Shown: positions 49,442 through 59,987 of the stretch, in pieces
Numbering within the stretch: the stretch's first letter is position 1
Layout of the letters: each line of letters opens with the position of its first letter
NCBI GenBank assembly: GCA_963666305.1
Contig: OY762722.1
Location: 5,092,812 to 5,156,811, forward strand
Direction: 5' to 3'
DNA from: Candidatus Poribacteria bacterium
GTDB taxonomy: Bacteria > Poribacteria > WGA-4E > WGA-3G
Length of the DNA: 64,000 nt
The notes under the pieces: generated by a model
What the model was told of the DNA's origin: nothing
Database searches by the model: none
What the model saw: the letters and a program-made list of their open reading frames with translations, nothing else
Made by a program: the position numbers and the translations under genes

Positions 49442-50785
49442 ATGTCCATTCATGCCTCCCAGTCCCAAGCCTCCCTCCTCAAGAACGTACTTATTATTAC
49501 GCCGCTAAGTCTGATTGGACGTGCGGGCACATTTCTCATCTACGTCGTTCTCGCTAATTGGTTCGGCGATCCAGCAGAAATGGACTTTATCTACTATTAC
49601 TGGGGCATCGCCGTATTCCTGATAGAATTGCTCAGTGCCGCTTCCGCCTATTCTGTCCTCATCCCGATGTTAGCTGAAGCTCGCGCGAAAGGCGAAACCG
49701 AGGCACAACGTTGTGTACAATCCATTTTTTCCCAATACATCATATTCATGCCGGGACTCTGCTGTTTCCTTGTCTCCCTGTCATGGGTTGTTTCCCAACT
49801 TTTTTTGCCAAGCGTGGGGCTACCCTCCTCTACGACAACCGGCATTGTGTGTGGATTCCTCTGCTTCGCGATTATTGCCGCGGCCCGCTGGATGCTCAAG
49901 GCGATCTTAGACACCTATCAAGCCTTTCATCTACCGGTCATTGTGCAAGGACTCCGTGCCATTCTTGTCATCGGCGTAATATATCTATGCAAGCCATATC
50001 TGACTTGGTTTAGCATACCACTTGCCCTGATCATCGGCGAGCTTTTCCAATTGCTTCTCCTATTTCGACGATGTTGTACCGTCCTGAATCTATCTGCGCT
50101 TCATCTTAAACTCAGTTGGCAGACAACACCCTACACAACGCAATTCCGACAGCAATGCCTACTGATGATGGGCGCAGCGATCTCAGACGGGTTAAACCCT
50201 GTCGTCGATAGAGGCATGGCGAGTTCGTTGGGAACAAGTTCCGTCTCGAAATTAGATTACGCGCTCCGTCTGTGTGCAATCCCTGAAACACTCACGGGTG
50301 TAACGCTTCCAGTCTTACTTTCGCATTGGGCAAAGATATCGTCCCCCGATTCGCAATCCGAGAACGGTCTAACTGCTAACCAGACTCGGCTACAGCAAAG
50401 CGTCTGGCAAAGTGTCATTGTGCTACTAATCCTGATGGTCCCGTTCCTAATGTGCCTATACCTTTTCCGAGTGGACATTGTCACGCTATTATATGGACAC
50501 GGCGAATTGTCCGAGGCAGGACAGTCCCATATCGCTTCGCTGCTCGGCATCTATCTATTAGGAATGCTCCCGCGTTTAATCAGTCGCTTGCTAATCCGGG
50601 CACATCTCGCACGTCAAGCCCACTCAACCGTTGTTACAGCAACGCTCATCAGGCTTATCCTAAACCCGTTTCTCAATTGGTTCTTCATGCAATATTGGGG
50701 ATTAGAGGGAATCGCTTGGTCAACAGCTTTGTTGTCTTACCCAATTCTTGCGTATATTGCGTTTGCGTTCTGGCGCGGAAGATGA
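49442..50785 (+). CDS. MurJ/MviN-like MOP flippase
   Basis: Multiple TM segments; VVDRGMASSLGTSSVSKLDYALRL pattern. Confidence 0.7.
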   Translation: MSIHASQSQASLLKNVLIITPLSLIGRAGTFLIYVVLANWFGDPAEMDFIYYYWGIAVFLIELLSAASAYSVLIPMLAEARAKGETEAQRCVQSIFSQYIIFMPGLCCFLVSLSWVVSQLFLPSVGLPSSTTTGIVCGFLCFAIIAAARWMLKAILDTYQAFHLPVIVQGLRAILVIGVIYLCKPYLTWFSIPLALIIGELFQLLLLFRRCCTVLNLSALHLKLSWQTTPYTTQFRQQCLLMMGAAISDGLNPVVDRGMASSLGTSSVSKLDYALRLCAIPETLTGVTLPVLLSHWAKISSPDSQSENGLTANQTRLQQSVWQSVIVLLILMVPFLMCLYLFRVDIVTLLYGHGELSEAGQSHIASLLGIYLLGMLPRLISRLLIRAHLARQAHSTVVTATLIRLILNPFLNWFFMQYWGLEGIAWSTALLSYPILAYIAFAFWRGR

Positions 50786-50944
50786 AGATTCTTATTTTTT
50801 CTCTAACAAGAAAATTGACTTTGAGGTAAAATATTATATGTTATACAGATTGTGGTCTTTGTGTGCGTGATTTGTTAGATAACATCTATCGGTCCGCAAA
50901 CTCTCACTGCAAGGCAAGTTTGAGGTACAATACTGCTACGAATC

Positions 50945-51907
50945 ATGAGCCACCCTCAACTATATAAGGATATGATGACCTTGAACATACCGAAAAAAAT
51001 CCCAATGGGAACCCCCTTTGAATTCGGTGAACATCGCTTTCATTTTGGCGAGGAGATCGTCGAATTAGCAGATTCCACCTCACTTCTCAATAATCCCAAT
51101 GCGTTGCACAGAAGGATGCGTAGAGATGGCTATCTTTTTATTCGAGGTTTCCATCCGCGGGAGCATGCGAAGAAAGCCGCACATTGGACATTGCAAGCCA
51201 TTGCGCAAAGCGGTGGGTTAAAGTCGGGTACTCCGGTTGAAGAGGGTATCATCGGCGCAGCGAATCAGACATTTAGCTTCTTTCGGCAAACTGAGGTAGC
51301 TCATGCTAAACCGATTCTTGATGTTGTGGACAGCCAGCGAACGATGCAATTCTATGAAGAATTCCTCGGTGGTCCAGTCACCACATTCGACAAACGATGG
51401 CTTCGCTGCATGGCAAAGGGTGGACACAACCATTTTCACTATGATAGCGTTTACGTTGGGCGCGGCACACAGAACCGGTACACAATGTGGAGCGCATTGA
51501 CGGACATCGGCTTGGAAAATGGGCCACTCGTCATTTGCCTCGGTTCCCATCAGCATGATCGATTAAAGTCCACCTATGGCGCGACCGATGCGGATCGAGA
51601 CTTGACCGAAGCCGTGTTTAGTACCGATCCACGAGAGATGGTTGAGAAATTCGGATTCACTTTGGCAACAACACATTTCCAGCCAGGGGACGTTATTATT
51701 TTTGGACTTTACATGATGCACAGCAGTGCCCCCAATCGCTCTAATCGCTATCGTATCAGCATTGATACGCGATACCAACTCGCCAGCGAAGAGAAGGACG
51801 ACCGCTTCTTTTTCCGGGAAAACGGCAGTTGGCTTGGCAATTTTTACAACAAAGGTGCAAGTTACAGACCGATAGCGGAACTCCGCCGAGAGTGGGGATT
51901 GGAATAA
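50945..51907 (+). CDS. PhyH family dioxygenase
   Basis: RDGYLFIRG, HYDSVY, PGDVIIFGLYMMHSS, RISIDTRYQ. Confidence 0.85.
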   Translation: MSHPQLYKDMMTLNIPKKIPMGTPFEFGEHRFHFGEEIVELADSTSLLNNPNALHRRMRRDGYLFIRGFHPREHAKKAAHWTLQAIAQSGGLKSGTPVEEGIIGAANQTFSFFRQTEVAHAKPILDVVDSQRTMQFYEEFLGGPVTTFDKRWLRCMAKGGHNHFHYDSVYVGRGTQNRYTMWSALTDIGLENGPLVICLGSHQHDRLKSTYGATDADRDLTEAVFSTDPREMVEKFGFTLATTHFQPGDVIIFGLYMMHSSAPNRSNRYRISIDTRYQLASEEKDDRFFFRENGSWLGNFYNKGASYRPIAELRREWGLE

Positions 51908-52111
51908 TAACACGACTTGCGCAATATACTTACTTATGAAAGGACTGCCTTCGGCACACATACCTCACTTCTTAGGCATATAGCAGCACTCTGGTGATAT
52001 TAGCGAAAATGCCACGGAAATGTTATTGTTTCGTAACCTCCGGTATGTTAAAATAGTAGGTCTATCAGAAAAAACACCACCCAATGCGCTGGTGCGAAAA
52101 GAGGGATTCGT

Positions 52112-53746
52112 ATGGTTTACAAGCAATGGAATTGTGCCGTTTTAATTGTCATTTTGATTTTTTACTGGATTGGAAACAGTGTAGCAGCAAATTCAACGGC
52201 AACTGGCACTGTATTTCTCGATACAAACAGAAACCAGGTGAAGGACGACAACGAGAAAGGATTGCCTGGGGTTCGCGTCTCTAATGGGCAGAAGGTTGTA
52301 AAAACCGATGCCAACGGGCAATATTCGCTCACAGTCAGTGAGGATACCATTCTCTTTGTCATTAAGCCACGTGGGTTTATGACACCCTTTGATGAAAATC
52401 GTCTTCCAAGATTTTATTACATTCACAAACCGCACGGTTCACCAGAAGGACTGAAATATGCTGGCATCGCACCAACCGGTCCATTACCGGAGTCAGTTGA
52501 TTTTCCGCTCACTGAACAGTCCGAGGCTGATACTTTCAAGGTGCTCGTCTTCGGGGATACACAACCGTATAATATGCAAGAAATTGAGTGGTTAGCACAT
52601 GACGTAATTGAAGAAGTTATTGGCATTGATGCAGTATTCGGCCTCAGCCTTGGCGATTTAGTCGGTGACGATTTAAACTTATTCCACCCGCTTAACGAAG
52701 TAATGGCCACCGTTGGAATCCCTTGGTACAATGTCCACGGGAACCATGATATGAACTTTCTTGCTACGGGTGATCGGTACGCCGATGAGACATTTGAACG
52801 TGTTTATGGTCCGGCGTGCTATTCATTCGATTGGGGACCTGTCCATTTCATCAACATCGACAATGTGCTTTTTTACCACGATGAAGAGAACAAGCCTCGC
52901 TACTCAAGTGAGGTCGGCGAACGGCAGTTGACGTTCGTTCGAAACGACCTTGCTTTTGTACCAAAAGATCAGCTCGTTGTTGTATCCTTACATATTCCGT
53001 TGACCGAGATGCGCGATGTAAAGGAATTGATGAATCTGCTCGGCGATCGACCCTACACGTTATCCCTATCAGCGCACACGCACTTCCAACGGGATGATTT
53101 CGTCGGACCGGAGCACGGTTGGCATGGGGACGACGCACATCATCACCACAATCATGCAACCACATCAGGCAGTTGGTGGCGGGGCGCGCTTGATGAAATC
53201 GGTATTCCCCACACAACCATGCGAGATGGTGCACCGAACGGATACGGCATCTTCACATTCAGCGGAAATCAATATTCAATTCGGTTTAAAGCCGCCCGGC
53301 GTCCAGCAGATTATCAGATGAATATATGGGCACCTTGGGAAGTTGCATCAACAGAAACTGGCAAAACAGATGTAATTGTTAACGTTTTTGGCGGCACCAA
53401 ACGCTCAACGGTTGAAATCCGTCTGGGCGAAGTTGGGGCATGGGAACCGATGACCTATATGCCGCAGGAAGACCCATACTATAAAGCACTTAAGGCACGA
53501 GACGATACGAATCATCTTGAGCGGAAACTGCATATAGCCCTTCGAGAAACAATGAAGCCGCAGTTGAAGGAAGACAGCGAACTGCCACAAAGGGGGCAAG
53601 GGATTAGTGGAATTACAAAATCATTGCATATCTGGCAAGCGAAGCTCCCAGCGAATGTTCCCAAAGGAACGCACGTTATCTACGTCCGTACGACTGATAT
53701 GTTTGGTCAAACTTTCACAGGGCACCGAATCATCCGAGTGCAATAG
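52112..53746 (+). CDS. Secreted calcineurin-like metallophosphoesterase
   Basis: GDTQ, LGDLV, GNHD, LHIP, AHTH, SGSWW, DGAPNGY. Confidence 0.88.
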   Translation: MVYKQWNCAVLIVILIFYWIGNSVAANSTATGTVFLDTNRNQVKDDNEKGLPGVRVSNGQKVVKTDANGQYSLTVSEDTILFVIKPRGFMTPFDENRLPRFYYIHKPHGSPEGLKYAGIAPTGPLPESVDFPLTEQSEADTFKVLVFGDTQPYNMQEIEWLAHDVIEEVIGIDAVFGLSLGDLVGDDLNLFHPLNEVMATVGIPWYNVHGNHDMNFLATGDRYADETFERVYGPACYSFDWGPVHFINIDNVLFYHDEENKPRYSSEVGERQLTFVRNDLAFVPKDQLVVVSLHIPLTEMRDVKELMNLLGDRPYTLSLSAHTHFQRDDFVGPEHGWHGDDAHHHHNHATTSGSWWRGALDEIGIPHTTMRDGAPNGYGIFTFSGNQYSIRFKAARRPADYQMNIWAPWEVASTETGKTDVIVNVFGGTKRSTVEIRLGEVGAWEPMTYMPQEDPYYKALKARDDTNHLERKLHIALRETMKPQLKEDSELPQRGQGISGITKSLHIWQAKLPANVPKGTHVIYVRTTDMFGQTFTGHRIIRVQ

Positions 53747-54446
53747 CCAATATCAGCATTCAACCACCATTATAGCCCCTGTAACAACTTGCGCTGGAGT
53801 CCTTAATTGCCTGCCGGTTCATTCGACAACTGCCTGTAGGTCATCTCTATGTCTTCCAAACACAGAATGCCATACCCGCATTCTGTGTTAACGCCTACAA
53901 GGCAGACTCTTTAAATTGACACCCATACGCATCGGTTGATGAAACCCAACACCAGTACAGTACTAATCGTTTAGTATGAAGTGTTGGGTTTTGTTTTAAT
54001 TGCGGAATATTGAAGCAAATGGGTACCTCAAAAGAAATCCAAATTTTCAGGACCTTTATATCCCGTTTAACCCGAACAATGTACTTAAGTCAAGGCAGGT
54101 TGATATACTATTTGGATTACATAGAAACAGACATGTCTGGTAGGGCATATCACAGGAAGCTTTTTCAGTAGAATACATTTAATGGCTACAAATCAACTAA
54201 TTCGCGCTCCCAATGTGCCGCTCGTGCGAACACGCTTTTCCAGCAAAGGATAACTTTATGACAAAGATAAAATTAAAATTGAGTGATATGTTCTGTCGAC
54301 TTCGCATTAAAACACGGAAAGATGCGTTGACAGGATTTAAGGGTGTTCAGCGCGCTAATGTGAATCTGCACGAGGATGAAGCGGTCATCCGTTCTTATAC
54401 CTCGCACACCACCTCTACCGACCTCACAGAGCCAATAACAGAAGCC

Positions 54447-55187
54447 GTGAGAAAAACCGCACTCTTATCGTTAAGGTTGATCGGTAGTATCCTAATTGTA
54501 CTACTCAGCATCACCGGTTGTTCTGATGTACCTTATACGGGTCCGATACTAAAAGTTAGAGACGTAGAGCAGTTCCTTCAATCAGCGGGTGAGAGCACCG
54601 CCTGTCTTCAAGACGGGTTTGATTCAGTTTGCATAAAACTTGTCGGAGAGGGAGCACCTGATGGGTCAAACGATAGCGATGCCCCCATTGTCCACGTTCA
54701 CCCAACGAGTCTTTCTTATGTATTTTCTTATGAAGGTCAGCCTATCTTACTTGCGGAACGGGCAATGGACACTACCCAGATTGTGCAGGAATTGGTAAAT
54801 GCGGGAAAGATTCAGCTGCCCCCAGATGGCGGGGTGTGGGGCACTGGTAACAATAATGCCAATGTTCATAACGATTGGCGTATCCAGATATACTATCCAG
54901 ACGCATCCAGCCAAATAAATCATAGGCTCAGGTTTACAGACATCAGGGTTGTAGAAGGAACGAGAATTAGACGGGACAGCCAAAGAGACCTTGAGATAGA
55001 GAACTTTACACGAACCGAGGCATTCGATGGCACCCGCGGTGTTCAATTCTCCATTGACGCTGGAGTCTCACAGATAGCGATTCAAGTAGATGGATTAATC
55101 CCCGACAATACCGCAGAATTCTATATCAACGCAGATGCTGTGGAATCCGATCCAGGCAGTAATACCCTACGATTGCGCCCCCTATAG
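54447..55187 (+). CDS. Third paralog of the 41528/42440 lipoproteins, lacking the collagen linker (start uncertain, ORF open from 54213)
   Basis: ITGCSDVPYTGPIL...CLQDGFDSVCIK...APIVHVH. Confidence 0.75.
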   Translation: MRKTALLSLRLIGSILIVLLSITGCSDVPYTGPILKVRDVEQFLQSAGESTACLQDGFDSVCIKLVGEGAPDGSNDSDAPIVHVHPTSLSYVFSYEGQPILLAERAMDTTQIVQELVNAGKIQLPPDGGVWGTGNNNANVHNDWRIQIYYPDASSQINHRLRFTDIRVVEGTRIRRDSQRDLEIENFTRTEAFDGTRGVQFSIDAGVSQIAIQVDGLIPDNTAEFYINADAVESDPGSNTLRLRPL

Positions 55188-55220
55188 TCCACTCAAAAAT
55201 ATGTGTGTCTTCAGCAGATG

Positions 55221-55937
55221 CTAAACTTTGGCGAAATGTTCAGGGTGATTTGAGGTAATACCTTGCACACCGAATGCTTTCATTTCGCGCATACGACGGA
55301 TATCGTCCACAGTCCAACACCAGAGAGCGATACCGCGCCGTTGGACTTCGTAAGCGAATTCCGCTGTAATCAGTTGGTGATTGACATTCAGCAGATTGCT
55401 GCCGAGTTTTCCGAGTTGCTGGCACAACTGTACAGGAGAGGCGTGATTGTTGTGATTCCCGATGAGCCACCCAGTTGGAATACGAGGCTCTAATGAACGA
55501 ACGGTCTGTAAAACAGTGGTATGGAAGGAAATAATAACGGTGAGATCCTGTGTATGGGTCTCACGGATTCTTGAGACGACGGTCTCTGCTATCAAAGGAT
55601 CCTTAATTTCTAAAACGGCAACGGTCTTCTTTGCGATGCATTCCAGTGCCTCTACAAGCGTCGGCACCGGCTCTCCAACAAATTCTGGAGCGAACCATCC
55701 TCCAGCATCGGCACGTTTAATTGTTTCTAAAGTGGTTTGGTTGACACGTCCACAGTGATTTGTTGTTCGATCCAAGGAAGCATCGTGTATCACTACGACT
55801 TCGCCATCGGCGGTCCCGTGTAAATCAAGTTCAACCGCATCCACACCGATTTCGATTGCCTTCTTGAATGCCGAGAGCGTATTTTCTGGGGCATTTCCCG
55901 ATGCACCACGGTGTGCAATCCGAATCCAAGGACTCAT
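55221..55937 (-). CDS. Glycerophosphodiester phosphodiesterase
   Basis: IAHRGASGNAPENT, ELDLH, HDASLDRTT, WTVD. Confidence 0.92.
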   Translation of the reverse strand: MSPWIRIAHRGASGNAPENTLSAFKKAIEIGVDAVELDLHGTADGEVVVIHDASLDRTTNHCGRVNQTTLETIKRADAGGWFAPEFVGEPVPTLVEALECIAKKTVAVLEIKDPLIAETVVSRIRETHTQDLTVIISFHTTVLQTVRSLEPRIPTGWLIGNHNNHASPVQLCQQLGKLGSNLLNVNHQLITAEFAYEVQRRGIALWCWTVDDIRRMREMKAFGVQGITSNHPEHFAKV

Positions 55938-55954
55938 GACACCTAATCTCCTAT

Positions 55955-55977
55955 AGCGACCCGGAGGTCGCTCCTAC
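55955..55977 (-). repeat. GTAG-type REP-like palindrome
   Basis: Reverse complement gtaggagcgacctccgggtcgct matches 43806. Confidence 0.65.
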
Positions 55978-55980
55978 CTA

Positions 55981-57405
55981 CTATTTGTTATCGCTCTGCT
56001 TAATTTTCTTCAAAAGAGTCGTCCGACTCATGCCGAGCAATGCCGCTGTTTTGCTGTGGTTACCCGAAAATTCATCTAACACCAGTTCAATGAGTGCCTT
56101 ATCCAGCAGAGCAACAACTTCCTCGTAAAGCCCCCGTTTCCCTTGTGTGATAGCCTCTTTTGTAACGTCTTGTAAAATAGATTTAAGGGCTACTTGTAGT
56201 TGTGAGGTTGCAGTAGAATCTATCTGATGCCCTGTTCGGATTTCTGGCGGCAGGTCATCCGGAAGAATCACATCTGCCCGACAAAGCGTCCCGGCACTTC
56301 GGATACAATTTTCCAACTCACGAACGTTGCCGGGCCACGGATAATCTTGTAGCAATTCCATTCCTTCCTTAGAGATGCCACGGATCGGCTTACCGAGTTC
56401 CTCCTGTATGAGTTGCAGGAAATGCGTAATCAGTAGCGGAATGTCCTCTTGGCGTTTCCGTAAGGGTGGAAGGTGGAGCGCGATGCGTTTGAAACGGTAG
56501 TAGAGATCCTCACGGAACTGCCCTCGCTTCACCATTTCACTGAGTTCCTGATTCGTGGCAGCGATAACACGCACATCCACTTTAAGTCGCCGGGTGCCCC
56601 CTAACCTTTCAATTTCTTGTGATTGCAAAGCGCGAAGCAGCTTCACCTGTAACGTCGGGGTCATATTGCTAACTTCATCGAGGAAAAGCGTACCCCCATT
56701 AGCCAGTTCAAACCGTCCGGGTTTCCCTTCTTTTTTCGCTCCTGTGAACGCTCCGGCTTCGTAACCAAACAGTTCACTCTCTAAGAGGTCATCGGGGAGC
56801 GCACCACAATCAACAGGGACAAATGGTGCCTCCTTCCGAGAACTACCTGTGTGGATCGCTCGTGCAACCAGATCTTTGCCTGTCCCTGTTTCACCTTCAA
56901 TCAGCACAGTCATCGTATTGCTCGCCATAATCCCGATGAGTTTGTAGATTTCGCGCATCTGGCTGCTCTTTCCAACCAATCGGTGACCACTCTCTGCTGT
57001 TGGCGATTCGTCTGCTGTTTCTACAGGCAAAGTACTACGGACGGATTGTGTCCGGAAGGCACGTTCCAGGACGCTCTTGACGATATCCAGATCGATCGGT
57101 TTTGGGACGAAATCAAACGCCTGCAAACGCATCGCTTCTATGGTTGTTTCCACGTCGTCATAAGCCGTAATGATAATTACAATTACCCACGGGTGGTGCT
57201 CCTTAATTTCGCCTAACGCCTCCAGACCACTCATCCCCGGTAATTTCACATCAAGTAAGACAATGTCCGGTTTATCAGCTGCGATGCGGCGTAAACCTTC
57301 CTCGGCATTATTTGCAGTGCTGGGGCGATAGCCTTCGCTTTCTAAGAATTGCTCGAATGCCCAACAGATTTTTTCGTCGTCGTCAATTACCAATACATTT
57401 TTCAT
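55981..57405 (-). CDS. Sigma54-dependent response regulator (NtrC family)
   Basis: REC domain (DD, LLD, KP), GETGTGKD, GAFTGA, FLDE, WPGNVREL, Fis HTH. Confidence 0.95.
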   Translation of the reverse strand: MKNVLVIDDDEKICWAFEQFLESEGYRPSTANNAEEGLRRIAADKPDIVLLDVKLPGMSGLEALGEIKEHHPWVIVIIITAYDDVETTIEAMRLQAFDFVPKPIDLDIVKSVLERAFRTQSVRSTLPVETADESPTAESGHRLVGKSSQMREIYKLIGIMASNTMTVLIEGETGTGKDLVARAIHTGSSRKEAPFVPVDCGALPDDLLESELFGYEAGAFTGAKKEGKPGRFELANGGTLFLDEVSNMTPTLQVKLLRALQSQEIERLGGTRRLKVDVRVIAATNQELSEMVKRGQFREDLYYRFKRIALHLPPLRKRQEDIPLLITHFLQLIQEELGKPIRGISKEGMELLQDYPWPGNVRELENCIRSAGTLCRADVILPDDLPPEIRTGHQIDSTATSQLQVALKSILQDVTKEAITQGKRGLYEEVVALLDKALIELVLDEFSGNHSKTAALLGMSRTTLLKKIKQSDNK

Positions 57406-58691
57406 TTTTTTACTTCTGTGGTTCTTCTGCCGCCCTCTATTGACAATAAAAACTTTTCGCCATCTTCGCTCATCTCATTGTTGGTTTCTTCGGTTTTTTC
57501 CTCTAATTTCTGCTTGAGAACCGGATAAGAATCCACAATCGGAATCTCATTGAGGGATGTCAAAGCCGATTTTCGTCCTTCCGCTCTCTCAGTCGCTTCA
57601 GCGAATCGTTCACTTTTTTTAGCAACCTGTGCCGCATCTCGTGCTTTGAAGTCTGGAAGTACTCGCTCCGCAAACAGTTCCAGTGATTCGCATATATCCT
57701 CATGAAGGTTCGCGCCAGCCTGTTGAATGAAGACAACTTGGTCCACGCCAGCATCTTCCATTATCTCCAAGTGTTCACGGACCTGATCTGGCGTGCCGAT
57801 CCCGGCTCTACCTTCGGCTGGATCCTGTGGTGTTTGCTTATATAACTGCCAAATATCCGTTTCCCCGGGTATTTGCGAGCCATTGTGATAGTAATGTGCG
57901 AGCCCAAATCGGAAGAAACGCAAACCATCTAAACCACGGGCGATGGCAGTCTCTTCGTCGTCATGGCACGAAAACCCCGACACCATGGCGATGTTCGGGT
58001 TCACCCGCTGCGTTAAGGGTTCGCACTCTTTCTCGAAAATCTCATAATACTCTTCCACCCAAAATTTTGCTTCGTTTGCATCGACAAAGGCAAAGGTTAA
58101 TGCGCCAAGTCCATATCTGGCAGCGTATCGAAGGCTATCGCGGCTGGAACAGGCTACCCACGGTGGCGGATGTGGTGTCTGTAACGGTTTCGGAACGATG
58201 TTGCGGGTCGGCATCGAAAAATACTGTCCGTCATACCCTGCGTAAGGTGATTGGCACATCATTTTCGCCGTTTCACGTGTGCATTCCGCCCACATCTCAC
58301 GTTTACATTTTGGATCAACATTGAACCCACCGAGTTCCATACGGGAAGCGGATTCCCCTGTGCCCCACTCTACACGTCCATTTGAAACGAGGTCAAGTGT
58401 GGCAATGCGTTCGGCAACACGCGCCGGGTGATTGTAAGCCGGGGGCATCAGCACTATACCGTGCCCCAATCGAATCTGTGTTGTCCGCTGGCTACATGCT
58501 GCGAGAAATACCTCTGGTGCTGAAGAATGTGAATACTCTTCAAGAAAATGGTGTTCAACTTCCCAGATATAGTCGAATCCAAGTGTATCCGCCAATTCTA
58601 CCTGTGCTAACGCATCTTGGAAGAGTTTATGTTCTGCTCCCTCGTGCCATGGGCGCGGAATCTGATGTTCATAAAACAGTCCAAATTTCAT
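57402..58691 (-). CDS. LLM-class flavin-dependent oxidoreductase
   Basis: WEVEHHF, RVAERIATLDLVSNGR, PKPLQTPHPP. Confidence 0.9.
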   Translation of the reverse strand: MKFGLFYEHQIPRPWHEGAEHKLFQDALAQVELADTLGFDYIWEVEHHFLEEYSHSSAPEVFLAACSQRTTQIRLGHGIVLMPPAYNHPARVAERIATLDLVSNGRVEWGTGESASRMELGGFNVDPKCKREMWAECTRETAKMMCQSPYAGYDGQYFSMPTRNIVPKPLQTPHPPPWVACSSRDSLRYAARYGLGALTFAFVDANEAKFWVEEYYEIFEKECEPLTQRVNPNIAMVSGFSCHDDEETAIARGLDGLRFFRFGLAHYYHNGSQIPGETDIWQLYKQTPQDPAEGRAGIGTPDQVREHLEIMEDAGVDQVVFIQQAGANLHEDICESLELFAERVLPDFKARDAAQVAKKSERFAEATERAEGRKSALTSLNEIPIVDSYPVLKQKLEEKTEETNNEMSEDGEKFLLSIEGGRRTTEVKK

Positions 58692-58695
58692 TTTT

Positions 58696-58769
58696 TAATT
58701 ATACCTTGCGATTCGGTCAGGTGGGTTTGATAATTGAAGTGCCTTTACGTAGATCTGAAGAAACACCCC
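58696..58769 (+). repeat. Dispersed ~80-bp intergenic element, copy 3
   Basis: taattataccttgcgattcggtcaggtgg...cctttacgtagatctgaagaaacaccc. Confidence 0.75.
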
Positions 58770-58793
58770 TTTACTGACAACTGACTGTTAATT

Positions 58794-59567
58794 TTACATT
58801 TCGGTATTGAGTGTATGCATCTCTTCGTCAGTTAATTGCCATGCGAAAACGTCTAAATTCTCGCGTAAATGCGGCACCGAACCCGATTTCGGAATTGTGA
58901 TGATGTCCTGTTGCACCAACCACCGGAGTGCTACCTGTGCCGCAGTCTTTCCGTGGTTTTCCCCGATGCCACGTAGGACTGCATCACCGGCAAGGTCTCC
59001 AACAGCAAGCGGACGGTGTGCCGTCATCACAATATCGCGTCCGTGGCAGTAGTCCCGCAGTTCTGATCGGTTTCTGCGCACATGGTATTCCACCTGATTC
59101 GTGCAAATCGGGAGTTCGGAGACTTCACACGCTTCCTCGACCTGAGCGATGCTAAAATTGCTGATGCCGATGCTTTTAACCTGACCTGCGTCATAGAGTT
59201 TCTGGAAAGCCTCAAAAGTTTCGGCAAATGGAACAGAATCGCTCGGATGGTGAATCAATAACAGATCGACGTAATCCATCTGCAAATCGCCCAGACACTC
59301 CTCAAATTGGGTAAAGACATCGGCATGTCCGAGATGGCTACGCCAAATTTTGGTGGTCAGAAAGATTTCCTCACGATCAACAGAGATGTCGCGGAGTGCT
59401 TTCCCGATTTCGCGCTGGTTCTGGTACATCCACGCCGTGTCAATATGTGTATAGCCCAATGCGATGGCTTCTTTGACGATCTGTCGACACTGTCTGCCTT
59501 TGAGTTGCCAGGTTCCCAAACCCAATATCGGGATTTCATGTCCTGATGCAAGTGTAACGTTTTTCAT
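58794..59567 (-). CDS. Aldo/keto reductase (2,5-diketo-D-gluconate reductase-like)
   Basis: LGLGTW, IDTAWMY, TTKIW, IGISNF, IPKS. Confidence 0.92.
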   Translation of the reverse strand: MKNVTLASGHEIPILGLGTWQLKGRQCRQIVKEAIALGYTHIDTAWMYQNQREIGKALRDISVDREEIFLTTKIWRSHLGHADVFTQFEECLGDLQMDYVDLLLIHHPSDSVPFAETFEAFQKLYDAGQVKSIGISNFSIAQVEEACEVSELPICTNQVEYHVRRNRSELRDYCHGRDIVMTAHRPLAVGDLAGDAVLRGIGENHGKTAAQVALRWLVQQDIITIPKSGSVPHLRENLDVFAWQLTDEEMHTLNTEM

Positions 59568-59834
59568 AATACCCCATCATAGACGATTTAGAAAAAAAAG
59601 TCAAGTCGTAAGAAGACGCTTACCTGTAGGAGAGGGGAAACACCCAAACAAAAACACCCCGATCCCCGACACACCCCTGCAGAAGCCACACCTCTGACTT
59701 GCGTGTCCTGAAAACTGAACACCGCTGAGAAGTCTACTAATTTCCCAATAACCTTTGACAGTATTGTGGAACATGGACAATTCCACATCAACAGAATGCC
59801 GTGAGTGGTTTTTGGGAGGAAAAATCAAAAAAAG

Positions 59835-59863
59835 TTGACAAACACATAGAGATGGTGTATACT
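59835..59863 (+). promoter_or_regulatory. Strong sigma70-type promoter for the tRNA pair
   Basis: TTGACA-17 bp-TATACT. Confidence 0.75.
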
Positions 59864-59878
59864 ATTAACAACACTCAC

Positions 59879-59964
59879 GGTCGAGTGGTGGAATCGGTAG
59901 ACACAACGGACTTAAAATCCGTCGCCTGTAAAAAGGTGTGAGGGTTCAAGTCCCTCCTCGACCA
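59879..59964 (+). tRNA. tRNA-Leu(TAA)
   Basis: Acceptor GGTCGAG/CTCGACC, anticodon arm acgga-cttaaaa-tccgt, long variable arm, GTTCAAG; CCA not encoded. Confidence 0.93.
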
Positions 59965-59987
59965 TGATTTAAGATAAGGATTCTTGC

